From positions 574,017 to 638,016 of the forward strand of contig JBBDXB010000006.1 of NCBI GenBank assembly GCA_040902515.1: a DNA stretch of 64,000 nucleotides, in the 5' to 3' direction. The translations under genes were made by a program, and so were the position numbers. Below are positions 40,091 to 49,609 of this stretch, piece after piece. Every line of letters starts with the position of its first letter. Position 1 is the first letter of the stretch. Below the pieces are notes generated by a model. The model made no database searches. It saw nothing but the letters and a program-made list of their open reading frames with translations, and was not told the DNA's origin. The stretch is from Patescibacteria group bacterium (GTDB lineage Bacteria; Patescibacteriota; SICC01).

Positions 40091-40165
40091 TGGTATACAT
40101 TAGTATACCAGCCGTACTTTTCCCCAGCGGTCCGTGGATAAGCCCTGTGGGTAGGGTGTGCACAA
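40091..40165. promoter_or_regulatory. Palindromic operator candidate plus cluster of DnaA-box-like 9-mers upstream of dnaX
   Basis: TGGTATAC-ATTA-GTATACCA (40091-40110); TTTTCCCCA, CGTGGATAA, TGTGGGTAG, TGTGCACAA (40118-40165). Confidence 0.55.
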
Positions 40166-40301
40166 GCCGCCCTCATAGCAGGCATCCATAATTACCGCTT
40201 GTCTGCTCGATTAGGCCGGAACGACGGCAATTCTTGAGATTACTGTATGCTTAGTTGTTTGGCGAGAGTGCGTCCGGGCCGATAGTAGAGAGCAGTCCGT
40301 T

Positions 40302-41840
40302 ATGACTCCAACCAACGCACCGAACACCGAATCCAGCGCCCTGTATCGCGTCCACCGCCCCCAGACTTTCACGGAACTGGCAGGGCAGGACCCGGTCGTC
40401 ACGGCGCTTCGCCAGGCCGTCGCGATGGAACGGGTGGGACATGCCTACCTGTTCACCGGACCGCGCGGCACCGGCAAGACCTCGACGGCGCGGATCCTGG
40501 CCAAGGCGGTGAATTGCGCGAAGCCCAAGCAGGGTGAACCGGACGGCACCTGCGATGCCTGCACGGCCATCGCCAGTGGCTCCTTCCTGGACCTGATCGA
40601 GGTCGATGCGGCCAGCAACCGTGGCATCGACGAGATCCGGGAGCTCCGCGACAAGGTGCGGGTGGCGCCGACCCTCGGCACGCGGAAGGTCTATCTGATC
40701 GACGAAGTCCACATGCTGACCAAGGAGGCCTGGGGCGCGCTACTCAAGACGCTCGAGGAGCCGCCGGAGTTCGTGACGTTCATCCTGGCGACGACGGAAC
40801 CGGAGAAGGTGCCGGCGACGATCAGTTCCCGCTGCCAGCGGTTCGATTTCCGTCCGGCGACCCCCCAGATGCTCCGGACGCGGCTGGAAGCGGTCGCGAA
40901 GGCGGAGTCGCTGAAGGTAGAGCCGGAAGCGCTTGAGGTCGTCGCGCGCGCCGCCGCCGGCTCGTTCCGCGATGCCCTCTCCATGCTCGACACGCTGGCC
41001 GCTTCGGGCGGCGCGGTTACCGCGTCGGCGACACGCGACGCGCTCGGTATCGCCGGCGACGCCCATCTCGACGCGTTGGAGACGGCGGTGCAGCGGCGCG
41101 ACCAGGCCGCGGCCCTGGGGGCCATCGACGAGGCGGCCCGCGCCGGCGTGGCGGCGGACGTGTTCCGGACGGCGTTGGTCTTCCGGCTCCGCGAGCGCCT
41201 ACACCAGGCCGCGGCCGGCAAGACCGACTGGTCCGCGCCCGATCTGATCCGCGCGCTCAAGCTCCTGCTGGCTGCCGGCGAGTGGGCGAAGGATAGTCCG
41301 GTGCCCGAGCTTCCGCTCGAGGTCGCCGTGATCGAATTCATCGGCGGTGTCGCCGCTCCGGCCCCATCCGTTCCTCCCGTAAACAAACCAACACGAAATC
41401 CGGCTGGAGGACCGGGGCCTGATGCTCCGGCCTCCGCCGGGCCGGCTCCGGCCGGTTCACGGCACGCGGCGCCGCAAGGGACTACTAAGCAGAATCCGCC
41501 GGCAAAGGCTCCGGCCGAACCGTCGGCCAAACAGGCGCCGCCGAAAGGTGCCCAGGATCTCTGGGAAAAGCTCCTGACGGCGACCAAGGACCGGTACTCG
41601 CTTTCCGTGTGCCTGCAGAAGACCAGGGCAACGGGCCTCGCCAAGGACACGCTCACGCTTGTCGTACAGTCACCGTTCTTCCTGAACAAGCTTGACGACC
41701 CGGCTACCCGCCGGGCGGTCGAGGGCGAGCTGGAGAAGCTCGCGGGCAAGAAGCTTTCGCTGGACTTGCAGCTCGCGGAGGCTTCGGAAGATCTCTTTGA
41801 GGACGCGCTGAAGACGTTCGACGGGGCGGAGGTGCAATGA
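40302..41840 (+). CDS. dnaX: DNA polymerase III subunit gamma/tau
   Basis: ALYRVHRP, GPRGTGKT, Zn motif, IDEVHML, SRCQRF. Confidence 0.97.
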   Translation: MTPTNAPNTESSALYRVHRPQTFTELAGQDPVVTALRQAVAMERVGHAYLFTGPRGTGKTSTARILAKAVNCAKPKQGEPDGTCDACTAIASGSFLDLIEVDAASNRGIDEIRELRDKVRVAPTLGTRKVYLIDEVHMLTKEAWGALLKTLEEPPEFVTFILATTEPEKVPATISSRCQRFDFRPATPQMLRTRLEAVAKAESLKVEPEALEVVARAAAGSFRDALSMLDTLAASGGAVTASATRDALGIAGDAHLDALETAVQRRDQAAALGAIDEAARAGVAADVFRTALVFRLRERLHQAAAGKTDWSAPDLIRALKLLLAAGEWAKDSPVPELPLEVAVIEFIGGVAAPAPSVPPVNKPTRNPAGGPGPDAPASAGPAPAGSRHAAPQGTTKQNPPAKAPAEPSAKQAPPKGAQDLWEKLLTATKDRYSLSVCLQKTRATGLAKDTLTLVVQSPFFLNKLDDPATRRAVEGELEKLAGKKLSLDLQLAEASEDLFEDALKTFDGAEVQ

Positions 41841-43261
41841 CTCCCGAGTCCCGTCCCACCGCCGCCGCCACGCAGGCCCAGGGGCCGATGTTGCCGCAGA
41901 ACGTGGAGGCCGAAGCCGCCGTGCTCGGCAGCATCCTCCTCGAGGGTGAAGAGAAGATGGAGCTGGTCGTCGATCGGATCCAGCCGACCGACTTCTACCG
42001 CAAAGCCAACCAGCTCGTGTTCGAGGCGATGCTCGACGTCTTCAAGAAGAACCAGGAACTCGACATCCTCACCGTCACGCACCGGCTGGAAGAGAAGGAC
42101 GTGATCGAACAGATCGGCGGCGCCTCGTACCTCGCCGACCTGACCAGCTCGGTCCCGTCCACCACCAACCTGCCGGCCTACGCCAAGATCGTCGAAGAGA
42201 GTTCGATCCAGCGGCAGGTGATTACGGTGGCCGGGGAAGTCCGGGACAAGGCGTTCGGCGAGGATTTCGAGAGCGTGAAACACCTGGTCGACTTCGCGCA
42301 GAAGCGGCTGTTCGAAGTCGGCCAGGATTTTGCGAAACAGGACTTCACCACGCTGACCCAGGAACTCGACCATTCATTCGAACGCTACGACCTGGCGCAC
42401 CAGAACCGCGGCCAGCTCCACGGCGTGCCCACCGGCTTCAAGTCGCTCGACAACAAACTCTCGGGGCTCCAGCCGGCCAACCTGGTGATCCTGGCCGCCC
42501 GTCCCTCGATGGGTAAGACGACCCTGGCGCTCAACATCGCGCGGAACGCCGCGGTCAAGCACGGCAAGAAGATCGGCATGTTCAGCCTGGAGATGAGCGC
42601 CGACCAGCTGGTGGACCGGCTGGTGTCGCTGGAGGCAGGCATCGACTCCTGGAAGCTCCGCACCGGCCTGCTCGGGGAACGCGACTTCGCGAAGATCGCG
42701 AACGCCATGGACGCGCTCTCTCGCGCCGAGATCTTCGTGGACGACAACTCGGCCCTGACGGTAATGGACATGCGCGCCCGGGCGCGGCGGCTCCACGCCA
42801 CCAAGGGGCTCGACATGGTGATCGTGGACTACCTGCAGATGATGGATGCCGGCGGCGCGAAGTCGGACAACCGCGTGCAGGAAATCTCGGAGATCTCGCG
42901 GGCGCTCAAGTCGCTGGCCCGGGAGCTGAAGGTCCCCGTGCTCGCGCTCTCCCAGCTCTCCCGGGCGGTCGAGCAACGCGATCGCAAGCAGCCCGAGCTC
43001 TCCGACCTCCGGGAATCCGGTGCGATCGAGCAGGACGCCGACGTGGTGATGTTCATCTATCGCGACGACTACTACCGGAAGGATTCGGACCGGCCGAACA
43101 TCGCCGACATCATGATCAAGAAGCATCGGAACGGCCCCACCGGCCAAGTCGAACTGTACTTCTCCGGCGATCGCCAGAAGTTCAGCGATCTCGAGAGGCA
43201 TGCGCCGTCGGAAGCATCCGGGCCGCCGCCTGCCGACGAAGCGCCGCCGCCGTCTGAGTAG
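41837..43261 (+). CDS. dnaB: Replicative DNA helicase
   Basis: AARPSMGKT, FSLEMS, VDYLQ, LSQLSR, LRESGAIEQDAD, KHRNGPTG. Confidence 0.97.
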   Translation: MTPESRPTAAATQAQGPMLPQNVEAEAAVLGSILLEGEEKMELVVDRIQPTDFYRKANQLVFEAMLDVFKKNQELDILTVTHRLEEKDVIEQIGGASYLADLTSSVPSTTNLPAYAKIVEESSIQRQVITVAGEVRDKAFGEDFESVKHLVDFAQKRLFEVGQDFAKQDFTTLTQELDHSFERYDLAHQNRGQLHGVPTGFKSLDNKLSGLQPANLVILAARPSMGKTTLALNIARNAAVKHGKKIGMFSLEMSADQLVDRLVSLEAGIDSWKLRTGLLGERDFAKIANAMDALSRAEIFVDDNSALTVMDMRARARRLHATKGLDMVIVDYLQMMDAGGAKSDNRVQEISEISRALKSLARELKVPVLALSQLSRAVEQRDRKQPELSDLRESGAIEQDADVVMFIYRDDYYRKDSDRPNIADIMIKKHRNGPTGQVELYFSGDRQKFSDLERHAPSEASGPPPADEAPPPSE

Positions 43262-43369
43262 GTGTACCCGCCCGGAACGCACCTCGGACGCGTCGTTCGG
43301 CGCTCCTGGGCTCGGTTGGCGCCTCACTTATCAGCACCAGCGTCCTCGATACATTCCGGGCAGGCACAT
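43262..43369 (-). ncRNA. Candidate structured non-coding RNA (~108 nt), family unknown
   Basis: On the minus strand: 21 contiguous bp (5 G-U), tandem GA/GA, then 6-bp GGACGC/GCGTCC enclosing an inner region. Confidence 0.55.
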
Positions 43370-43492
43370 GATCCGGCAGGCTCTTCACATCGACCGTGGG
43401 CTTCGCTAGGATGGGCTCTGCGCAAACGAATACATCGTGGGCGCTTTTTATTTCAGTCCGTAGCCACCCGGCCCGCAAGGCCGCCTCGAACC

Positions 43493-44230
43493 ATGAAACT
43501 TTCCATCGTCATTCCTGCCTATAACGAAGCCCGGCGCCTGCCGAGCACGCTCGCCAGTATCGCGGAGTACCTCGAGGTCTCCGACCTGTCCGCGGAAGTG
43601 ATCATCGTCGACGACGGTTCCGGCGATCGGACGGTTAAGGCCGCCAAAAGCGTGCCGGGACGCGGCATGCCGCCGAAGGTAATCGGCTTCGAAGGGAACC
43701 GCGGCAAGGGCGCTGCCGTCCGCGAAGGGCTTCTCGCCGCGACCGGCGACTTCGTCCTGTTCATGGATGCCGACAACTCCACGCACATCTCCGAGGTCGA
43801 GAAGCTCTTGGCGGCGGCTACCGGCACGGAAGCGCCGGAAGTCGTGGTCGGCAGCCGCTACCTGCCGGGTTCCGACATCCGGATCAGGCAGCCGTGGTAC
43901 CGCGTCTGGATCTCCCGCTGGGGGAACCGCCTGATTCGCTACGCGGTACTGCCGGGCGTGATCGACACGCAGTGCGGCTTCAAGCTCCTGCGCCGGGACG
44001 CTGCCCGGGAAATCGCTTCCGCGATGACCCGCGAAGGGTTCAGCTTCGACATCGAGCTCCTCACGATCGCGCGGCACTACGGCTACCGGATCGCGGAGGT
44101 GCCGGTGAACTGGTACGACACGCCGGGCACGCGGCTCCGGCCGATCCGCTCGGCCTTCCGGACGCTCCGCGACCTGATCGCGATCCGTTTCAACCTCGTG
44201 CGCGGCCGATACGCGCCAGTGACGAAGTAG
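43493..44230 (+). CDS. GT2 glycosyltransferase (dolichyl-phosphate beta-glucosyltransferase-like)
   Basis: SIVIPAYNE, VDDGS, NRGKG, FMDAD, DTQCGFK, FDIELL. Confidence 0.92.
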   Translation: MKLSIVIPAYNEARRLPSTLASIAEYLEVSDLSAEVIIVDDGSGDRTVKAAKSVPGRGMPPKVIGFEGNRGKGAAVREGLLAATGDFVLFMDADNSTHISEVEKLLAAATGTEAPEVVVGSRYLPGSDIRIRQPWYRVWISRWGNRLIRYAVLPGVIDTQCGFKLLRRDAAREIASAMTREGFSFDIELLTIARHYGYRIAEVPVNWYDTPGTRLRPIRSAFRTLRDLIAIRFNLVRGRYAPVTK

Positions 44231-44232
44231 CC

Positions 44233-44688
44233 ATGGCGTGGCCACGTGGCAGCAGGGCAGAAGGGGCGGGGATCGGATTTCCCTTGGATGAAATCGAAGC
44301 CATCGAACGGCGAACGGACGAGTCCGCCAAGATCCTGGACGCCAACATCGCGTTCGCCAGGCATAAGACCGGCGAGACGTTGGATGAAGACGACAGGCAG
44401 GCGTTAGAGTACCTGCAGGCTGCACTGACCGAAATCCGGCAGGATGCCGGCTCTGATCCGGTGCATATGACAGAACCGCGGAAGGGTTTTGTTTCGGCAG
44501 TGAGGGGTACCGTCCGGCGGGAGGCAGACGGTGATGCACGGAGCGCGCTCCTTGAGCGGCTGTCCGATACTACCGGCGCCGTGCTGGCCGATCAGGAGGT
44601 CAGGGCGGTCGAGGTCAGCCATGCTCAACGATTCCTCGTGCGTGTCGGCGAATTCAATCATGAACGGCTTGTCCGGTCGCGCGGTTAG
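44233..44688 (+). CDS. Hypothetical protein
   Basis: ORF filling gap between GT2 and ybaB. Confidence 0.5.
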   Translation: MAWPRGSRAEGAGIGFPLDEIEAIERRTDESAKILDANIAFARHKTGETLDEDDRQALEYLQAALTEIRQDAGSDPVHMTEPRKGFVSAVRGTVRREADGDARSALLERLSDTTGAVLADQEVRAVEVSHAQRFLVRVGEFNHERLVRSRG

Positions 44689-44703
44689 ACGTACCGTAGA
44701 GTC

Positions 44704-45015
44704 ATGGCATTCGACAAGATGAAGCAGGCCAAGGAGCTCAACGAGTTCCGGAAGCAGGCTCAGAAGATCCAAAAGGAGCTCCGTGACACCCTGATCGAGG
44801 TAACGGAGGCCGAGGGCAAGGTGAAAGTCGTGTTCACCGGCGAGCAGAAGCTCGAGGAAGTGGCAATCGACGAATCGCTGCTCGAGAAGGGCAACAAGAA
44901 GGACCTCGAGAACCACCTGAAGAGCGCGGTCAGCCAGGCGATCAAGCAGTCGCAGCAGGTCGCGGCCCAGAAGATGCAATCCATCACCGGCGGCATGGGC
45001 CTGCCGGGGATGTAG
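44704..45015 (+). CDS. ybaB: YbaB/EbfC nucleoid-associated protein
   Basis: KQAQKIQKEL...GKVKVVFTGEQ...GGMGLPGM; near recR and dnaX. Confidence 0.9.
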   Translation: MAFDKMKQAKELNEFRKQAQKIQKELRDTLIEVTEAEGKVKVVFTGEQKLEEVAIDESLLEKGNKKDLENHLKSAVSQAIKQSQQVAAQKMQSITGGMGLPGM

Positions 45016-45147
45016 CCCCGATCGTCCCGGACAAGGCATAGGATTGACTTTTTGCCTTAATAGAGGTATAAAAGAGTGCTTTAGTGATGGCGGAAATACC
45101 CGTTATTGATTAAGGCATGTACCTGTACACGACAGAAAGGATGCCGG

Positions 45148-45681
45148 ATGGCAGCTCAGATCCAACGGCAGATCCAGAAGGCGTTCGGTGGAATGCTGGC
45201 GGTCTACAAGGGCCTTGAGGGCGAGGGATACTTCGGGCACCGGGGACCGTTCCACGCCAAGGTGTCGATCGAGTTGGACGGCAAGCGACTCGTTGAGTAT
45301 GAGGAGTCTCTCGGCTCCCCGGGACCGGATCGTCCTCCGTTCGATGCGATCGCAAGGAGCAAGCACGCGATCTCACGTCGCGCCGGAGAGGACACCGTCG
45401 ACGTTCCGCTCGCAGACCGCATGATCGGCGACACGCAGTACTGGGGCTCCGTCGTTCGGGAGTTCGAGGGGGGCCGCATCATCGTCGCCATCTCCGGTCT
45501 CCAGCCCTGGTTCGACGAGGCGCTCTCCGGCGTTCTCGCCAGCATCCTGCTCGGCCTCCTCAAGCACGAGGAGCTGGTACCCCAGGGCTTCGAGCCCGAC
45601 CGCAGCAGGCCGGACTTCCTCACCGAGGAGTGGTTGAGCGAGCTCCCCGAGTCCCACGCGGCCGAGTCGGCCTGGCCGTAA
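45148..45681 (+). CDS. Hypothetical protein, possibly GlcG/HbpS-like
   Basis: FDAIARSKH...YWGSV...IIVAISGLQPWFDE resembles the GlcG fold pattern; SD AGAAAGG. Confidence 0.55.
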   Translation: MAAQIQRQIQKAFGGMLAVYKGLEGEGYFGHRGPFHAKVSIELDGKRLVEYEESLGSPGPDRPPFDAIARSKHAISRRAGEDTVDVPLADRMIGDTQYWGSVVREFEGGRIIVAISGLQPWFDEALSGVLASILLGLLKHEELVPQGFEPDRSRPDFLTEEWLSELPESHAAESAWP

Positions 45682-45798
45682 GCCAAGGCAACCACAATAG
45701 GGACCAGACATCGACGATCTGGCCCTCCCACGGGCTTTCGAGATACAATCCATTTCGAAAGCCCGTTTTTATTCCCTGCGACTATTCAAGCAAACGTG

Positions 45799-46263
45799 TC
45801 AGCGGGCATGGGCTATCATCTCTGCCGGCTGTGCTTCGAATAGTTCGGCGACCGCCGCTGCATCGGCCGATACGCTTCCCACCGTCGAATCCGCGGAAAT
45901 CGGAATCTCGATCTGCACCAGCGAGCAAGACGTATCCGGAATTGGTCGTACTCGCCCGATCTGTCCGGCGACCGTACGGTTCGCGGGAGTTAGCGTATCG
46001 TAATCAATGAACATTACGGCTACTCGGTCGTGCCGGTTGGCCGAAGTAAGCGTGGTCCGGACATTCTTGTCGAACAGCATCTGGCAGGCTTCCACAAGCG
46101 GCTGCTCTACGAATCGTGGAATGTTCTCACGGTGGAAATGCAAGCACGACAGGTAGTGAAGCGGCTCGACCTCGCGCACCGAAGCGGTAGGCGGGAGCAC
46201 CTCCGGCATCGGAGGGTCGATCGGGAACTCATACGTCTGCTCTTGCTGTTCCGAGATGGCCAT
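45799..46263 (-). CDS. Hypothetical protein
   Basis: MAISEQQEQTYEF...; divergent from recR. Confidence 0.55.
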   Translation of the reverse strand: MAISEQQEQTYEFPIDPPMPEVLPPTASVREVEPLHYLSCLHFHRENIPRFVEQPLVEACQMLFDKNVRTTLTSANRHDRVAVMFIDYDTLTPANRTVAGQIGRVRPIPDTSCSLVQIEIPISADSTVGSVSADAAAVAELFEAQPAEMIAHAR

Positions 46264-46282
46264 AGCTGGATATACTAAACCC

Positions 46283-46882
46283 ATGCAGATCATTCCCACA
46301 AGCATCGAACGGCTGATCGCGGAACTGGAGAAACTCCCCGGCATCGGGCCGAAGTCGGCAAGCCGGCTCGCGTTCTACCTGATCAAGGCGCCGCAGCAGG
46401 ACGTGGAAGGACTCGGCCAGTCGCTCCTGACCCTCAAGGAGGGGCTCCAGCACTGCCGGACCTGCTTCAACTTCGCGGAGTCGGAGCAATGCGCGGTCTG
46501 CGCCAGCGCCGGCCGGGACGACCACTCCATCTGCGTGGTCGAGGATCCGCTGGACATTGTGGCTCTCGAGCGCGCCGGCCGCTTCAAGGGCCGCTACCAC
46601 GTGCTGCATGGCGCGATCGCGCCGATCGAGGGAATCGGTCCCGAGCAACTCAAGGTCGCCGAGCTGGTCGAGCGGCTGAAAGGCGCGGCGGTCGAGGAGG
46701 TGATCATCGCCACCAATCCGAACCTGGAAGGAGAGGCGACGGCGCTTTATATACAGAAGCTGATCAAGCCGCTGGTGCCGACGGTCACCCGGCTGGCCTC
46801 GGGCCTGCCGATGGGCGGCGACCTCGAATATGCCGACGAGCTGACCCTCTCCCGTGCCCTCGACGGTCGACGGGAATTCTAA
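46283..46882 (+). CDS. recR: Recombination mediator RecR
   Basis: LPGIGPKSASRLA, C4 Zn finger, YHVLHG, ATNPNLEGEATA. Confidence 0.97.
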   Translation: MQIIPTSIERLIAELEKLPGIGPKSASRLAFYLIKAPQQDVEGLGQSLLTLKEGLQHCRTCFNFAESEQCAVCASAGRDDHSICVVEDPLDIVALERAGRFKGRYHVLHGAIAPIEGIGPEQLKVAELVERLKGAAVEEVIIATNPNLEGEATALYIQKLIKPLVPTVTRLASGLPMGGDLEYADELTLSRALDGRREF

Positions 46883-46934
46883 GGACTGTTCATCGAGACT
46901 GACGGCCACAGGCGCGGTGCGCTACCCTTAAGAT

Positions 46935-47912
46935 ATGCCTGTCCTTGGACTCAGGAAGAAACAGCCTGCCGATGTAAGCCCGGCGCGCGCCCGTACGAAC
47001 GTGCGAAAGGTCTCGCAGGGCGACCTCACCTGGTATGATTTCGCGCATCCGACCGAGGCGGATGTCCGCTATGTCGAGCGGAACTTCCGGTTCCACCCGC
47101 TCGATCTCGCCGACGTCCGCTCCACCAAGCAGCGTCCCAAGCTCGACAGCTACGAAGACTACCTGTTCCTGATCGTCCACGTCCCGCACTTCGACCGTGC
47201 CAACCGGCGCCTGCTCCAGGAAGAAGTCGACATCTTCGTCAACCGGACCTCCCTGGTGACGCTCCACTCGGGGCGGATCAAGCCGCTCAGCGGCCTGTTC
47301 GCGGAGGTAAGGCGCTCGGCGGCACTCCGTGAGAAGCACATGGGGCACGGCTCCGGCTTCCTGCTGTACGAGCTGATCTCCCGGCTCTACGCCGAGGGAT
47401 TCCCGATGCTCGACAAGATCGCGGGCCGACTCAATACGCTGGAACAGGACATCCTCCGGGGCCGGAAGACCAAGAATGCCGCCGAGGAGCTCTCGCATCT
47501 GAAGCTCGAGATCATCAACTTCCGGCGGATCATCCGCCCGCAGCGCGAGCTGGTGCGCCAGCTCGAGACGGTGAAGAAACGCTTCCTGCCCGACCGGCTC
47601 GACGTGTACTTCGACGACGTCCACGACTCGATCGAGCGCATGAGCGACCTGCTCGAGAACTACCGCGAGGTGGCGCAGTCGCTCGAGGATACGAACGAGA
47701 CGTTCATCCAGCACCGCACCAACAACGTGGTGAAGATGCTGACGATCATCTCCCTGATCACGCTGCCGGGCGCGACGATCTCCGGCATCCTCGCGATGAA
47801 CCTGCGCTATCCGTTCCCCGTGAACGAGACGACGTTCTTCGTCACGGTGGGGGCGTCCCTCAGCGCGGCGGTCCTGCTGTTCACGTTCATGCTGTACAAG
47901 CGGTGGCTCTAG
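46935..47912 (+). CDS. corA: CorA-family Mg2+ transporter
   Basis: FHPLDLAD, QRPKLD, KMLTIIS, GMN-like signature here AMN, two C-terminal TMs. Confidence 0.88.
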   Translation: MPVLGLRKKQPADVSPARARTNVRKVSQGDLTWYDFAHPTEADVRYVERNFRFHPLDLADVRSTKQRPKLDSYEDYLFLIVHVPHFDRANRRLLQEEVDIFVNRTSLVTLHSGRIKPLSGLFAEVRRSAALREKHMGHGSGFLLYELISRLYAEGFPMLDKIAGRLNTLEQDILRGRKTKNAAEELSHLKLEIINFRRIIRPQRELVRQLETVKKRFLPDRLDVYFDDVHDSIERMSDLLENYREVAQSLEDTNETFIQHRTNNVVKMLTIISLITLPGATISGILAMNLRYPFPVNETTFFVTVGASLSAAVLLFTFMLYKRWL

Positions 47913-47913
47913 G

Positions 47914-49326
47914 ATGACGCTCGCGCTCTACAACACGCTGCGCCGGAAGAAGGAGCCGTTCGAGCCGTCGGCCAAGACGGTCTCGATGTACGTGTGCGGC
48001 CCCACGGTCTACGACGCCGCTCACATCGGGAACCTCCGCACGTACGTGTTCGAGGATGTCCTGCGTCGCTGGCTCAGGCACGGCCATGGCTATCGCGTGA
48101 AGCAGGTGATGAACGTCACCGACATCGAGGACAAGATTATCGCCGGGGCAAAGGCGAAGACGCTGGACGACGTCCGGGCGTTCACCGCACCTCACGAGCA
48201 GCGCTTCTTCGCCGACCTGCGGGCGCTCGGCATCGAGCAGGCGGAATCGTACCCGAAAGCAACGGAGTACGTACCCCAGATGATTGCCCTGATCGAGCGG
48301 ATCATGGAGGCCGGGTTCGCCTACGAACGGGAAGGTTCCGTGTACTTCGACGTGCGGCGGTACAACGACCGCCATGGTTACGGCGTACTGCAGAAGATCG
48401 ACCTGTCCGGCTTCAATTCGCAGGCACGGATCGATAACGACGAGTATGACAAGGAGACGGCACAGGACTTCGCGCTCTGGAAGACGGAGCCCGCAGGCGC
48501 GCCCGGATGGAAGAGCCCGTGGGGACACGGCCGGCCGGGTTGGCACATCGAATGTTCGACGATGGCGGAAGTGGAGCTCGGCGGCAAACTCCCCATCGAC
48601 ATCCATGCCGGGGCGGTGGACCTTTCGTTCCCGCACCACGAGAACGAAGTCGCCCAGACCAAGGCGGCGACCGGGAAGGACTTGGCCCGGTTCTTCGTGC
48701 ACGGCGAACACCTGCTGATCGACGGCGAGAAGATGGCGAAGTCGGAAGGGAACGTGGTCACGCTGGAGGACGTCACGGCAAAAGAGTACCGGCCGGTACA
48801 TCTCAGGATCTTGTTCCTCCAGGCGCACTACCGGAGCAAGCTGAACTTCACCTGGGAGAGCCTGGCGGCTGCCAAGGAGAGTCACGGGCGCATCCAGGCG
48901 TTCTATGACCGGCTGGCTACCGCTCCCGTGCCTGCCACGGAAGATCCGGCGGCAGTGGCGAAGCTGATCGCCGAGGCGCGCGAGCGGTTCGAACGGGCGA
49001 TGGACGATGACCTGAACACCGCCGGAGCGTTGGCTGCCGTCTTCGACTTCGTGCGCGACGGGAACGCCCTGATCGACCAGGGCGAACTGGACGACGCGGA
49101 CATGGGTGCCGTGCTTCGCGCGCTGAAGGAGTGGAACGCCGTGCTCGGCGTGTTCATGCTCCAGGCTGGCCGTGCGCCGACTGCAGTCGCGAAGCTCGCC
49201 GAGGAACGGCAAGCGGCTCGCGGACGTGGCGAGTACCAGGCCGCCGATGAGCTCAGGCAGCGGATCGAAGCCAAGGGGTGGTTGGTCGAGGACACTTCGG
49301 ACGGTCCGCGCCTGCGGAAGCGCTGA
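47914..49326 (+). CDS. cysS: Cysteine-tRNA ligase
   Basis: CGPTVY, HIGN, DFALWK, GRPGWHIECS, KMAKS. Confidence 0.97.
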   Translation: MTLALYNTLRRKKEPFEPSAKTVSMYVCGPTVYDAAHIGNLRTYVFEDVLRRWLRHGHGYRVKQVMNVTDIEDKIIAGAKAKTLDDVRAFTAPHEQRFFADLRALGIEQAESYPKATEYVPQMIALIERIMEAGFAYEREGSVYFDVRRYNDRHGYGVLQKIDLSGFNSQARIDNDEYDKETAQDFALWKTEPAGAPGWKSPWGHGRPGWHIECSTMAEVELGGKLPIDIHAGAVDLSFPHHENEVAQTKAATGKDLARFFVHGEHLLIDGEKMAKSEGNVVTLEDVTAKEYRPVHLRILFLQAHYRSKLNFTWESLAAAKESHGRIQAFYDRLATAPVPATEDPAAVAKLIAEARERFERAMDDDLNTAGALAAVFDFVRDGNALIDQGELDDADMGAVLRALKEWNAVLGVFMLQAGRAPTAVAKLAEERQAARGRGEYQAADELRQRIEAKGWLVEDTSDGPRLRKR

Positions 49327-49435
49327 TCGTACGTTTGTGAAATCTCACAAGTGATTTGTCAGGCATGGTTGCGCACGCCTGGGCGTGCGTGTAGGATAAC
49401 CGCGCAGTAAAAAATAACGCACGAGGAGGTAACCC

Positions 49436-49591
49436 ATGGTGCAAGCATACTGCGTAAAGGAACGTAAGAAGGTCGAGATGAAGGACCCGAAAGAGGTCAC
49501 TCTCAAGAACGGCCGCCCGGCAGTCTCAGGCGTATGCCCTGACTGCGGCACGAAGCTCTTCAAGATCGGCAAGCTCGATCCGGAAAGCTAA
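49436..49591 (+). CDS. Small Zn-ribbon-like protein (DUF5679-like, 51 aa)
   Basis: MVQAYCVKERKKVEMKDPKEVTLKNGRPAVSGVCPDCGTKLFKIG; SD AGGAGGT; below ORF-track cutoff. Confidence 0.85.
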   Translation: MVQAYCVKERKKVEMKDPKEVTLKNGRPAVSGVCPDCGTKLFKIGKLDPES

Positions 49592-49609
49592 GTCTACGTC
49601 TGACTGATG

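Noticed and set aside
40110-40300. SRP RNA upstream of dnaX as in Bacillus
   Set aside because: No helix-8 CAGG-GGAA-AGCA signature seen.
41340-41560. dnaX programmed -1 frameshift or slippage site
   Set aside because: No A-AAA-AAG or long A-run seen; only a Pro/Ala linker.
43262-43492. N-terminal extension of the GT2 gene as in the ORF track
   Set aside because: Family homology starts at MKLSIVIPAYNE (43493); the upstream region is better explained by the structured RNA.
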